Source: Trypanosoma brucei
Lineage: Eukaryota
Length of the DNA: 64,000 nt
Direction: 5' to 3'
Assembly (NCBI GenBank): GCA_000002445.1
Contig: CP000068.1
Location: 640,001-704,000, forward strand
The position numbers and the translations under genes were made by a program. The notes below the pieces were generated by a model, which searched no databases, was not told where the DNA came from, and saw nothing but the letters and a program-made list of their open reading frames with translations. Positions 54,790 through 64,000 of the stretch are shown here, piece by piece; position 1 is the stretch's first letter, and every line of letters starts with the position of its first letter.

Positions 54790-56130
54790 ATGATGGATAT
54801 TACTGCGTTGTGCGGAAACTATCGGTTGTGTGAGATTGACGGAAAGACGTGCTCCGAGGAAGTGTTTATTGCTCTAGAGGCGTCTGGTGGTGGTGTTGAG
54901 GTTGTTGCCATGGTGGGCAACACCCTGTGCGGGCGCGCTTGTGTGAATGGGGACAGGATTAGTGCGAACCTTACTAGCACTATGAGGCAGGTGGAAGAAG
55001 AGATGATGAGGATTGAAAGCCTGCTGACATGCGGGTTCAAGGCCGGGTTTACCTGTGAGCAGAGTGACATCATACTGACGCTGACTGGAGAGCAGAGTGT
55101 CTTCACATTGGAGCGTGATGTATTATGTGATATAAAGTTTGGTGAGTATACCCTCTGTGAGTTCAATGGGGAACCCGTGGCTTCGGACGAGATGGTGCTC
55201 ACCCTGCTCCCCGCTGTGGTAGATGGTGCCCTTGTGATTGCACAGTTCAAAAACTCTCTCCGCGGGGAGCTGGAGCTTCGCAATGGTCGTCTCCGCGGCG
55301 TTATTGCGTCGACGATGTGCGAGGTGGATGGTTCTTTGAAGTGCGCGGAGGAAGCGTTTTTGTCAGCTACCAGGGGTGATGGCATAAAAGTGTGCTCTGA
55401 CGACCACCGGCTTGTGCTTAAGGACGACCACAATGCGTTCGTTTATGTGCTGCGTCCAGCAATTCCAGAGAACCTTGTGAGCGAGTACTTACTGAAGAGC
55501 TTCAATGGCGAGTCTGTAGAGGCTGAGAGGCGTGTGATGTTCCGCTTTTCCCAATCAGCTGACGGTGTCGGTACGGATGTTGTGGCGAGTGTTGCCAATA
55601 CGATCAGGGGGAAGGTAAGAGTGGATGACGGAAAGTTAAAATCGAAGGTGATGTCATCACGAAGGAAAGGGAATGAGTCGGAGATGCGATTTGAGAATGC
55701 TCTGAAGGAAGGGTTCAAGGCTGGGTTTTCGTGGTCTCTGGACGACACGGTGCTGACTCTTGAGTGCGACGGGAACCGCCTCATCTTCGTGAAAGTTGCC
55801 GCTGTGCCGTGCGAAAATGGTAGGCCGGGGTATATTGGTGATAAGGTTTCAAGATGCTTTAAGGCCCACGACGATGCTCGAGTGTACCGTATCATCAACA
55901 CTGTGGAATCGAAGTGGGCATTTTACAATGACACGACCGAATACAATTTTAATGTGTCAGTGACTTTTGGGCGGAAATCAAAGGTACGCGGTCTGGCCAA
56001 CACGTCAATTGAGACAAATGAGGAAGGCTTGACGGTTGCCAGCGTGTCAGTCGCCCCTGGTGCGACGGAGATGTTCGTTGCTGGGGATGTAAACGGGTAC
56101 AAGTGCTCCTATGACGCAGTGCACCAGTAG
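54790..56130 (+). CDS. 446-aa multi-domain protein built from 3-4 repeats of the small-protein domain, array copy 1
   Basis: Internal repeats of about 110 aa, each beginning with a small-protein-like motif: residues 1- MMDITALCGNYRLCEIDGKTCSEEV, 118- GEYTLCEFNGEPVASDEMV, 231- SEYLLKSFNGESVEAERRV. GFKAGF recurs in repeats 1 and 3. Confidence 0.7.
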   Translation: MMDITALCGNYRLCEIDGKTCSEEVFIALEASGGGVEVVAMVGNTLCGRACVNGDRISANLTSTMRQVEEEMMRIESLLTCGFKAGFTCEQSDIILTLTGEQSVFTLERDVLCDIKFGEYTLCEFNGEPVASDEMVLTLLPAVVDGALVIAQFKNSLRGELELRNGRLRGVIASTMCEVDGSLKCAEEAFLSATRGDGIKVCSDDHRLVLKDDHNAFVYVLRPAIPENLVSEYLLKSFNGESVEAERRVMFRFSQSADGVGTDVVASVANTIRGKVRVDDGKLKSKVMSSRRKGNESEMRFENALKEGFKAGFSWSLDDTVLTLECDGNRLIFVKVAAVPCENGRPGYIGDKVSRCFKAHDDARVYRIINTVESKWAFYNDTTEYNFNVSVTFGRKSKVRGLANTSIETNEEGLTVASVSVAPGATEMFVAGDVNGYKCSYDAVHQ

Positions 56131-56461
56131 CCGACATTGCGTTGAGTGTTGATCCGGATGTAAGATACACATATGTATGCGGAGGTGGGCGCGTGCGACT
56201 CCTTCAAGCATTCCATGTTATAATTTGTTTGCCGCGCTTGGTCTCGTGATGCTGAGCGATTGTGCCTGTGTTTGTGGTTTCACCCCCTCTTGTCACGCCT
56301 TCCGCGGTTGGTGTGATTCCATTTGTGTTTGTTTCATGTGTTTTGTTTCCCTCACTACATTGTGTGGTGAGGTTTGCTACTCTTATGATGAGTGCGCCTT
56401 GTGCCGCGTGCGTGTGTAGTGCTCATTTACCACTTGCTGCTTTCCCTTAACCTATTTCTGG

Positions 56462-56866
56462 ATGAAAGAGACTTTACTCTTGTTTTTACCCACGTTCAAG
56501 CCGACACGGATAACAATGGCCACCTGCCCTAAACACCTGTTCGGGAAGTACCATCTAGAGAGTTTTAATGGCAAAAGCGCCTTGGAGGGCGAACTGGCCG
56601 GTGTGACACTGGAGCTTGGTGAAGAAGACGGTCGTGTCACAGTACGCGCGAAGGCGGGAAATGCGATGAATGGTGTGTTGAAGTATGAAGGTGGGATGCT
56701 CACCGGCGTCTTGATATCCACTATTATGCTCTCGCCCCCTGCTTTGATGGAGGTGGAGAGTGCTTTCAGTTCTGGATTTTCCAGCGGTATGCATGCGCTC
56801 CGTGAAGGCTCTTCTCTTACGCTTTCGCATAAGACAGACACGATGGTGTTTGAGGCCGTGGAGTAA
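56462..56866 (+). CDS. Small single-domain protein (array copy 2)
   Basis: Identical to copy 3. Confidence 0.6.
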   Translation: MKETLLLFLPTFKPTRITMATCPKHLFGKYHLESFNGKSALEGELAGVTLELGEEDGRVTVRAKAGNAMNGVLKYEGGMLTGVLISTIMLSPPALMEVESAFSSGFSSGMHALREGSSLTLSHKTDTMVFEAVE

Positions 56867-57292
56867 AGGTGACGGGCATACGTTAGTGTGTGTTTTGTTT
56901 ATACGGTGATGTAAAAAATGACTTAAATTTTCATCTGTTTTTCGGTAATATTGTAGGTGCATATTCAACTCTTTGAATTTCTAATGGCGGTACTATTAGT
57001 ATTATTTTTTTTAAATACTTTCCTTGTTCACGAATATGTGATATCTACTGATTCGTATGAGCACTTTTGTTTTTTTATGCGTCTTCCTGTCTTCGCTAGC
57101 GTTTTGTTGTTGATGTATTTCTTGATTTGCTTTTCGTTTCTTTCTTTATGCTCTATACCTTTTTTTGCCTTTCCCTTGTATCCGCATATTCTCGTCCTCT
57201 GGTCTCTACTCCGCCATATTTATTCATGTAGTGCATGTAGTACTGGTTTGCATCCCGTGGAAACCTCTGCTTTTGTGTAGCACCCGCGATTT

Positions 57293-58723
57293 ATGGCATC
57301 AGACAATGAGTCCACTGTCGAGGTGAGGGAGGCTCGTGACACCGAGGAGTACGATGCGCAGGCTGCTGCTCGTGGGCTGTGTGACAAGGCATGTGACATA
57401 AAGAGCCTTCTACATGGGCACGTTGAGTCGACGCGTGCCCTCGAAAGGGTTGTTGGGGAATTTTGCACTCGCGACATCGCTGAAGAGGATGCCTTCCGGA
57501 AAATCTCTCTCGACGTTATGCATGCCGAAATGCGGGCGCTACGGGACCTTCACTACGTTGCATTTTCCCAGCGGTGGGCAGAGGTAGAAAAGGGCTCCGC
57601 TGCAGAGGAGGTCACCAGCCTACCTTCAGCGGATAGGAGTGTTGGAAGTTGCGTGTCCCACCTTCTGGCCTCGCTTTGTGAGGGAAAGCCTGATGCAACT
57701 TTTAGCCTTTCAGAGTATTTTGGTGTCGCTGACGTGCTTATGGAATGGCGCTCGTTAACTCCAGCATCACAGGAACAGTTGGATATTCTTCTTCTGTCAA
57801 TAACCAGGAGCGTGGAGGACATTTCATCATGTGTCCTGCTGCTGAATGGGGTTTTATATACACCATCTGATTCATTTGATTGTTGTGAACTCACTCGACG
57901 GGAGCTCACCGCGATAATTGGAAGTGGGGGACCCGCTTCCGCGGAAGAGGCACTTGTTGGATGGCTTAATTTTATTGTGAGACGCTCGTTACTCAACCAG
58001 ACCCTTCTCCAGAGGCTGATGAGTTCGACCATCGAGTTTCGGAGAAGTGATCTTTGCCTACAGGGCGACGGCGCAGACGTGCTGGTTGTAGTCGACCACA
58101 GGCGGTTGTTGAACTCCGCTGTCTTTCGTGGGTTTTTCTTTTCTGGGGAGTTGCGTGGTGTAGAGGCTATTGGGGCGCAGGTGAACTTGATGTCAGTATT
58201 ATTTGCAGGCAACGGCAGCGGAGATCAGCTTGACATAGAGAAGTGTATCGCCGACATTTTCCGCGCTTTATGGGAGCAGCAGGAACTGCTTTCATGTAAG
58301 TGGAAGAACGTTACTGTGACCCTCGCTGTTCAAGCCAGGAAGGACGTCGGAGCCGGCGCTCAAACCAAGTTGATGGACTTCGTTGTGCTCGATCTTCGCC
58401 CCCTGTCGCCGAACATTCCTTTTCAGTGGCACTTTACATGGGGCGAGGTCTGTGCACTAGGCCAGCTCAGTACGAATGACGGAGATAGAGCACGACCCCT
58501 GGACATTCCTGTTTTCAAGACGACTCGTGTAGCTGTAGCCTCTCTGGGGCCTTATGATAAACTTTCACGCATAATGTTCCCTTCGATTAACGAGTATTTA
58601 CGTCTTACGCGGAAAGAGCCACCATCTGTAGCCCCAGTCGCCTACGCTGCCGTCGCGGCGGCGCTTGTCGTCGGGGGATTTATTGTTGGAAGCTGCATAC
58701 TCGGTTCCCGGCGAAGACGATGA
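57293..58723 (+). CDS. 476-aa tail-anchored-like membrane protein, array copy 2
   Basis: Identical to copy 3. One aa differs from copy 1. Confidence 0.7.
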   Translation: MASDNESTVEVREARDTEEYDAQAAARGLCDKACDIKSLLHGHVESTRALERVVGEFCTRDIAEEDAFRKISLDVMHAEMRALRDLHYVAFSQRWAEVEKGSAAEEVTSLPSADRSVGSCVSHLLASLCEGKPDATFSLSEYFGVADVLMEWRSLTPASQEQLDILLLSITRSVEDISSCVLLLNGVLYTPSDSFDCCELTRRELTAIIGSGGPASAEEALVGWLNFIVRRSLLNQTLLQRLMSSTIEFRRSDLCLQGDGADVLVVVDHRRLLNSAVFRGFFFSGELRGVEAIGAQVNLMSVLFAGNGSGDQLDIEKCIADIFRALWEQQELLSCKWKNVTVTLAVQARKDVGAGAQTKLMDFVVLDLRPLSPNIPFQWHFTWGEVCALGQLSTNDGDRARPLDIPVFKTTRVAVASLGPYDKLSRIMFPSINEYLRLTRKEPPSVAPVAYAAVAAALVVGGFIVGSCILGSRRRR

Positions 58724-58971
58724 GCAGTATCCGCCTCTGCTTTTTTCTGTTCATCTTGTTTTATTGACTTTAGAGCCATATTTAGGCTCCGCTATGCGTC
58801 CTTGTTGGTTAGAGGTTTAGTATTGTTGTACCTGACTCTGTGACTGATGGTGGGTGCCGCACCGTATCTGCGGCATGGGGTGCTTGCGTGAGTGAGGATC
58901 CACACTTATTTGACCGCTGTTTGCTATGAAATGTTTCCCTCCTTTCCTACTTGTAGCCAAGTTAATATTGC

Positions 58972-60312
58972 ATGATGGATATTACTGCGTTGTGCGGAAA
59001 CTATCGGTTGTGTGAGATTGACGGAAAGACGTGCTCCGAGGAAGTGTTTATTGCTCTAGAGGCGTCTGGTGGTGGTGTTGAGGTTGTTGCCATGGTGGGC
59101 AACACCCTGTGCGGGCGCGCTTGTGTGAATGGGGACAGGATTAGTGCGAACCTTACTAGCACTATGAGGCAGGTGGAAGAAGAGATGATGAGGATTGAAA
59201 GCCTGCTGACATGCGGGTTCAAGGCCGGGTTTACCTGTGAGCAGAGTGACATCATACTGACGCTGACTGGAGAGCAGAGTGTCTTCACATTGGAGCGTGA
59301 TGTATTATGTGATATAAAGTTTGGTGAGTATACCCTCTGTGAGTTCAATGGGGAACCCGTGGCTTCGGACGAGATGGTGCTCACCCTGCTCCCCGCTGTG
59401 GTAGATGGTGCCCTTGTGATTGCACAGTTCAAAAACTCTCTCCGCGGGGAGCTGGAGCTTCGCAATGGTCGTCTCCGCGGCGTTATTGCGTCGACGATGT
59501 GCGAGGTGGATGGTTCTTTGAAGTGCGCGGAGGAAGCGTTTTTGTCAGCTACCAGGGGTGATGGCATAAAAGTGTGCTCTGACGACCACCGGCTTGTGCT
59601 TAAGGACGACCACAATGCGTTCGTTTATGTGCTGCGTCCAGCAATTCCAGAGAACCTTGTGAGCGAGTACTTACTGAAGAGCTTCAATGGCGAGTCTGTA
59701 GAGGCTGAGAGGCGTGTGATGTTCCGCTTTTCCCAATCAGCTGACGGTGTCGGTACGGATGTTGTGGCGAGTGTTGCCAATACGATCAGGGGGAAGGTAA
59801 GAGTGGATGACGGAAAGTTAAAATCGAAGGTGATGTCATCACGAAGGAAAGGGAATGAGTCGGAGATGCGATTTGAGAATGCTCTGAAGGAAGGGTTCAA
59901 GGCTGGGTTTTCGTGGTCTCTGGACGACACGGTGCTGACTCTTGAGTGCGACGGGAACCGCCTCATCTTCGTGAAAGTTGCCGCTGTGCCGTGCGAAAAT
60001 GGTAGGCCGGGGTATATTGGTGATAAGGTTTCAAGATGCTTTAAGGCCCACGACGATGCTCGAGTGTACCGTATCATCAACACTGTGGAATCGAAGTGGG
60101 CATTTTACAATGACACGACCGAATACAATTTTAATGTGTCAGTGACTTTTGGGCGGAAATCAAAGGTACGCGGTCTGGCCAACACGTCAATTGAGACAAA
60201 TGAGGAAGGCTTGACGGTTGCCAGCGTGTCAGTCGCCCCTGGTGCGACGGAGATGTTCGTTGCTGGGGATGTAAACGGGTACAAGTGCTCCTATGACGCA
60301 GTGCACCAGTAG
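58972..60312 (+). CDS. 446-aa multi-domain protein, array copy 2
   Basis: Identical translation to copy 1. Confidence 0.7.
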   Translation: MMDITALCGNYRLCEIDGKTCSEEVFIALEASGGGVEVVAMVGNTLCGRACVNGDRISANLTSTMRQVEEEMMRIESLLTCGFKAGFTCEQSDIILTLTGEQSVFTLERDVLCDIKFGEYTLCEFNGEPVASDEMVLTLLPAVVDGALVIAQFKNSLRGELELRNGRLRGVIASTMCEVDGSLKCAEEAFLSATRGDGIKVCSDDHRLVLKDDHNAFVYVLRPAIPENLVSEYLLKSFNGESVEAERRVMFRFSQSADGVGTDVVASVANTIRGKVRVDDGKLKSKVMSSRRKGNESEMRFENALKEGFKAGFSWSLDDTVLTLECDGNRLIFVKVAAVPCENGRPGYIGDKVSRCFKAHDDARVYRIINTVESKWAFYNDTTEYNFNVSVTFGRKSKVRGLANTSIETNEEGLTVASVSVAPGATEMFVAGDVNGYKCSYDAVHQ

Positions 60313-60643
60313 CCGACATTGCGTTGAGTGTTGATCCGGATGTAAGATACACATATGTATGCGGAGGTGGGCGCGTGCGACTCCTTCAAGCATTCCATGT
60401 TATAATTTGTTTGCCGCGCTTGGTCTCGTGATGCTGAGCGATTGTGCCTGTGTTTGTGGTTTCACCCCCTCTTGTCACGCCTTCCGCGGTTGGTGTGATT
60501 CCATTTGTGTTTGTTTCATGTGTTTTGTTTCCCTCACTACATTGTGTGGTGAGGTTTGCTACTCTTATGATGAGTGCGCCTTGTGCCGCGTGCGTGTGTA
60601 GTGCTCATTTACCACTTGCTGCTTTCCCTTAACCTATTTCTGG

Positions 60644-61048
60644 ATGAAAGAGACTTTACTCTTGTTTTTACCCACGTTCAAGCCGACACGGATAACAATG
60701 GCCACCTGCCCTAAACACCTGTTCGGGAAGTACCATCTAGAGAGTTTTAATGGCAAAAGCGCCTTGGAGGGCGAACTGGCCGGTGTGACACTGGAGCTTG
60801 GTGAAGAAGACGGTCGTGTCACAGTACGCGCGAAGGCGGGAAATGCGATGAATGGTGTGTTGAAGTATGAAGGTGGGATGCTCACCGGCGTCTTGATATC
60901 CACTATTATGCTCTCGCCCCCTGCTTTGATGGAGGTGGAGAGTGCTTTCAGTTCTGGATTTTCCAGCGGTATGCATGCGCTCCGTGAAGGCTCTTCTCTT
61001 ACGCTTTCGCATAAGACAGACACGATGGTGTTTGAGGCCGTGGAGTAA
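60644..61048 (+). CDS. Small single-domain protein (array copy 3)
   Basis: Identical to copy 2. Confidence 0.6.
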   Translation: MKETLLLFLPTFKPTRITMATCPKHLFGKYHLESFNGKSALEGELAGVTLELGEEDGRVTVRAKAGNAMNGVLKYEGGMLTGVLISTIMLSPPALMEVESAFSSGFSSGMHALREGSSLTLSHKTDTMVFEAVE

Positions 61049-61474
61049 AGGTGACGGGCATACGTTAGTGTGTGTTTTGTTTATACGGTGATGTAAAAAA
61101 TGACTTAAATTTTCATCTGTTTTTCGGTAATATTGTAGGTGCATATTCAACTCTTTGAATTTCTAATGGCGGTACTATTAGTATTATTTTTTTTAAATAC
61201 TTTCCTTGTTCACGAATATGTGATATCTACTGATTCGTATGAGCACTTTTGTTTTTTTATGCGTCTTCCTGTCTTCGCTAGCGTTTTGTTGTTGATGTAT
61301 TTCTTGATTTGCTTTTCGTTTCTTTCTTTATGCTCTATACCTTTTTTTGCCTTTCCCTTGTATCCGCATATTCTCGTCCTCTGGTCTCTACTCCGCCATA
61401 TTTATTCATGTAGTGCATGTAGTACTGGTTTGCATCCCGTGGAAACCTCTGCTTTTGTGTAGCACCCGCGATTT

Positions 61475-62905
61475 ATGGCATCAGACAATGAGTCCACTGT
61501 CGAGGTGAGGGAGGCTCGTGACACCGAGGAGTACGATGCGCAGGCTGCTGCTCGTGGGCTGTGTGACAAGGCATGTGACATAAAGAGCCTTCTACATGGG
61601 CACGTTGAGTCGACGCGTGCCCTCGAAAGGGTTGTTGGGGAATTTTGCACTCGCGACATCGCTGAAGAGGATGCCTTCCGGAAAATCTCTCTCGACGTTA
61701 TGCATGCCGAAATGCGGGCGCTACGGGACCTTCACTACGTTGCATTTTCCCAGCGGTGGGCAGAGGTAGAAAAGGGCTCCGCTGCAGAGGAGGTCACCAG
61801 CCTACCTTCAGCGGATAGGAGTGTTGGAAGTTGCGTGTCCCACCTTCTGGCCTCGCTTTGTGAGGGAAAGCCTGATGCAACTTTTAGCCTTTCAGAGTAT
61901 TTTGGTGTCGCTGACGTGCTTATGGAATGGCGCTCGTTAACTCCAGCATCACAGGAACAGTTGGATATTCTTCTTCTGTCAATAACCAGGAGCGTGGAGG
62001 ACATTTCATCATGTGTCCTGCTGCTGAATGGGGTTTTATATACACCATCTGATTCATTTGATTGTTGTGAACTCACTCGACGGGAGCTCACCGCGATAAT
62101 TGGAAGTGGGGGACCCGCTTCCGCGGAAGAGGCACTTGTTGGATGGCTTAATTTTATTGTGAGACGCTCGTTACTCAACCAGACCCTTCTCCAGAGGCTG
62201 ATGAGTTCGACCATCGAGTTTCGGAGAAGTGATCTTTGCCTACAGGGCGACGGCGCAGACGTGCTGGTTGTAGTCGACCACAGGCGGTTGTTGAACTCCG
62301 CTGTCTTTCGTGGGTTTTTCTTTTCTGGGGAGTTGCGTGGTGTAGAGGCTATTGGGGCGCAGGTGAACTTGATGTCAGTATTATTTGCAGGCAACGGCAG
62401 CGGAGATCAGCTTGACATAGAGAAGTGTATCGCCGACATTTTCCGCGCTTTATGGGAGCAGCAGGAACTGCTTTCATGTAAGTGGAAGAACGTTACTGTG
62501 ACCCTCGCTGTTCAAGCCAGGAAGGACGTCGGAGCCGGCGCTCAAACCAAGTTGATGGACTTCGTTGTGCTCGATCTTCGCCCCCTGTCGCCGAACATTC
62601 CTTTTCAGTGGCACTTTACATGGGGCGAGGTCTGTGCACTAGGCCAGCTCAGTACGAATGACGGAGATAGAGCACGACCCCTGGACATTCCTGTTTTCAA
62701 GACGACTCGTGTAGCTGTAGCCTCTCTGGGGCCTTATGATAAACTTTCACGCATAATGTTCCCTTCGATTAACGAGTATTTACGTCTTACGCGGAAAGAG
62801 CCACCATCTGTAGCCCCAGTCGCCTACGCTGCCGTCGCGGCGGCGCTTGTCGTCGGGGGATTTATTGTTGGAAGCTGCATACTCGGTTCCCGGCGAAGAC
62901 GATGA
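61475..62905 (+). CDS. 476-aa tail-anchored-like membrane protein, array copy 3
   Basis: Identical to copy 2. Confidence 0.7.
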   Translation: MASDNESTVEVREARDTEEYDAQAAARGLCDKACDIKSLLHGHVESTRALERVVGEFCTRDIAEEDAFRKISLDVMHAEMRALRDLHYVAFSQRWAEVEKGSAAEEVTSLPSADRSVGSCVSHLLASLCEGKPDATFSLSEYFGVADVLMEWRSLTPASQEQLDILLLSITRSVEDISSCVLLLNGVLYTPSDSFDCCELTRRELTAIIGSGGPASAEEALVGWLNFIVRRSLLNQTLLQRLMSSTIEFRRSDLCLQGDGADVLVVVDHRRLLNSAVFRGFFFSGELRGVEAIGAQVNLMSVLFAGNGSGDQLDIEKCIADIFRALWEQQELLSCKWKNVTVTLAVQARKDVGAGAQTKLMDFVVLDLRPLSPNIPFQWHFTWGEVCALGQLSTNDGDRARPLDIPVFKTTRVAVASLGPYDKLSRIMFPSINEYLRLTRKEPPSVAPVAYAAVAAALVVGGFIVGSCILGSRRRR

Positions 62906-63153
62906 GCAGTATCCGCCTCTGCTTTTTTCTGTTCATCTTGTTTTATTGACTTTAGAGCCATATTTAGGCTCCGCTATGCGTCCTTGTTGGTTAGAGGTTT
63001 AGTATTGTTGTACCTGACTCTGTGACTGATGGTGGGTGCCGCACCGTATCTGCGGCATGGGGTGCTTGCGTGAGTGAGGATCCACACTTATTTGACCGCT
63101 GTTTGCTATGAAATGTTTCCCTCCTTTCCTACTTGTAGCCAAGTTAATATTGC

Positions 63154-64000
63154 ATGATGGATATTACTGCGTTGTGCGGAAACTATCGGTTGTGTGAGAT
63201 TGACGGAAAGACGTGCTCCGAGGAAGTGTTTATTGCTCTAGAGGCGTCTGGTGGTGGTGTTGAGGTTGTTGCCATGGTGGGCAACACCCTGTGCGGGCGC
63301 GCTTGTGTGAATGGGGACAGGATTAGTGCGAACCTTACTAGCACTATGAGGCAGGTGGAAGAAGAGATGATGAGGATTGAAAGCCTGCTGACATGCGGGT
63401 TCAAGGCCGGGTTTACCTGTGAGCAGAGTGACATCATACTGACGCTGACTGGAGAGCAGAGTGTCTTCACATTGGAGCGTGATGTATTATGTGATATAAA
63501 GTTTGGTGAGTATACCCTCTGTGAGTTCAATGGGGAACCCGTGGCTTCGGACGAGATGGTGCTCACCCTGCTCCCCGCTGTGGTAGATGGTGCCCTTGTG
63601 ATTGCACAGTTCAAAAACTCTCTCCGCGGGGAGCTGGAGCTTCGCAATGGTCGTCTCCGCGGCGTTATTGCGTCGACGATGTGCGAGGTGGATGGTTCTT
63701 TGAAGTGCGCGGAGGAAGCGTTTTTGTCAGCTACCAGGGGTGATGGCATAAAAGTGTGCTCTGACGACCACCGGCTTGTGCTTAAGGACGACCACAATGC
63801 GTTCGTTTATGTGCTGCGTCCAGCAATTCCAGAGAACCTTGTGAGCGAGTACTTACTGAAGAGCTTCAATGGCGAGTCTGTAGAGGCTGAGAGGCGTGTG
63901 ATGTTCCGCTTTTCCCAATCAGCTGACGGTGTCGGTACGGATGTTGTGGCGAGTGTTGCCAATACGATCAGGGGGAAGGTAAGAGTGGATGACGGAAAGT
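63154..64000 (+). CDS. 446-aa multi-domain protein, array copy 3 (3'-truncated by window end)
   Basis: ATG at 63154 = 58972 + 4182. Translation identical as far as the window extends. Confidence 0.65.
   Translation, partial: MMDITALCGNYRLCEIDGKTCSEEVFIALEASGGGVEVVAMVGNTLCGRACVNGDRISANLTSTMRQVEEEMMRIESLLTCGFKAGFTCEQSDIILTLTGEQSVFTLERDVLCDIKFGEYTLCEFNGEPVASDEMVLTLLPAVVDGALVIAQFKNSLRGELELRNGRLRGVIASTMCEVDGSLKCAEEAFLSATRGDGIKVCSDDHRLVLKDDHNAFVYVLRPAIPENLVSEYLLKSFNGESVEAERRVMFRFSQSADGVGTDVVASVANTIRGKVRVDDGK

Larger units (their letters stand above)
52002..56183 (+). repeat. Tandem-array unit 1 (4,182 bp; three-gene cassette)
   Basis: Identical ORF sets start at 52280/56462/60644, 53111/57293/61475 and 54790/58972/63154, a constant 4,182-bp offset. 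Confidence 0.95.
56184..60365 (+). repeat. Tandem-array unit 2 (4,182 bp)
   Basis: Same as unit 1. Units 2 and 3 encode identical proteins. Confidence 0.95.
60366..64000 (+). repeat. Tandem-array unit 3 (runs off the window end)
   Basis: Same as unit 2. The third gene is truncated by the window edge, so total copy number is unknown. Confidence 0.9.

Noticed and set aside
50539-64000. Tandem repeats as a CRISPR array or other prokaryotic repeat system
   Set aside because: Unit length is 4.2 kb and protein-coding with no short repeat/spacer structure. The sequence context is eukaryotic (trypanosomatid).

Overview
This window looks like trypanosomatid nuclear DNA, most probably from Trypanosoma cruzi or a very close relative. 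Supporting features are intron-less, unidirectional gene clusters, GT- and pyrimidine-rich intergenic regions with (TA)n/(CA)n microsatellites, and an L1Tc-type non-LTR retrotransposon. The window has three parts.

1. A leftward (minus-strand) polycistronic cluster of about 14 genes, from roughly 1.5 to 40.1 kb. It includes UPF1, the lariat-debranching enzyme DBR1, a CDC5/Cef1 Myb protein, a kinesin, an IMPDH/GMP-reductase-family enzyme ending in the PTS1-like tripeptide AKL, a METTL21-like methyltransferase, and G-patch, RRM and B-box proteins.

2. A roughly 10 kb gene-poor divergent strand-switch region (40.1-50.5 kb). It contains a degenerate L1Tc-like retrotransposon on the minus strand, about 5.26 kb long. 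The copy carries the Pr77 5' signature, a 2A motif (DVEENPGP), endonuclease, RT, RNase H and C2H2-finger remnants, an A-tail, and a 14-bp target-site duplication.

3. A rightward (plus-strand) tandem array (50.5 kb to the window end and beyond) with a 4,182-bp unit repeated at least 2.9 times, preceded by a truncated, diverged copy. Each unit carries three genes:
- a ~116-134 aa single-domain protein;
- a 476-aa protein with a single C-terminal transmembrane segment (tail-anchored-like);
- a 446-aa protein built from 3-4 internally repeated ~110-aa domains related to the small protein.

The small-protein domains carry an N-terminal F-G-x-Y-x-L-K-S-F-N-G motif that resembles the fatty-acid-binding-protein/calycin signature. 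The array is the most unusual element in the window and the best candidate for an undescribed system. No rRNA, tRNA or CRISPR features were recognisable by eye.
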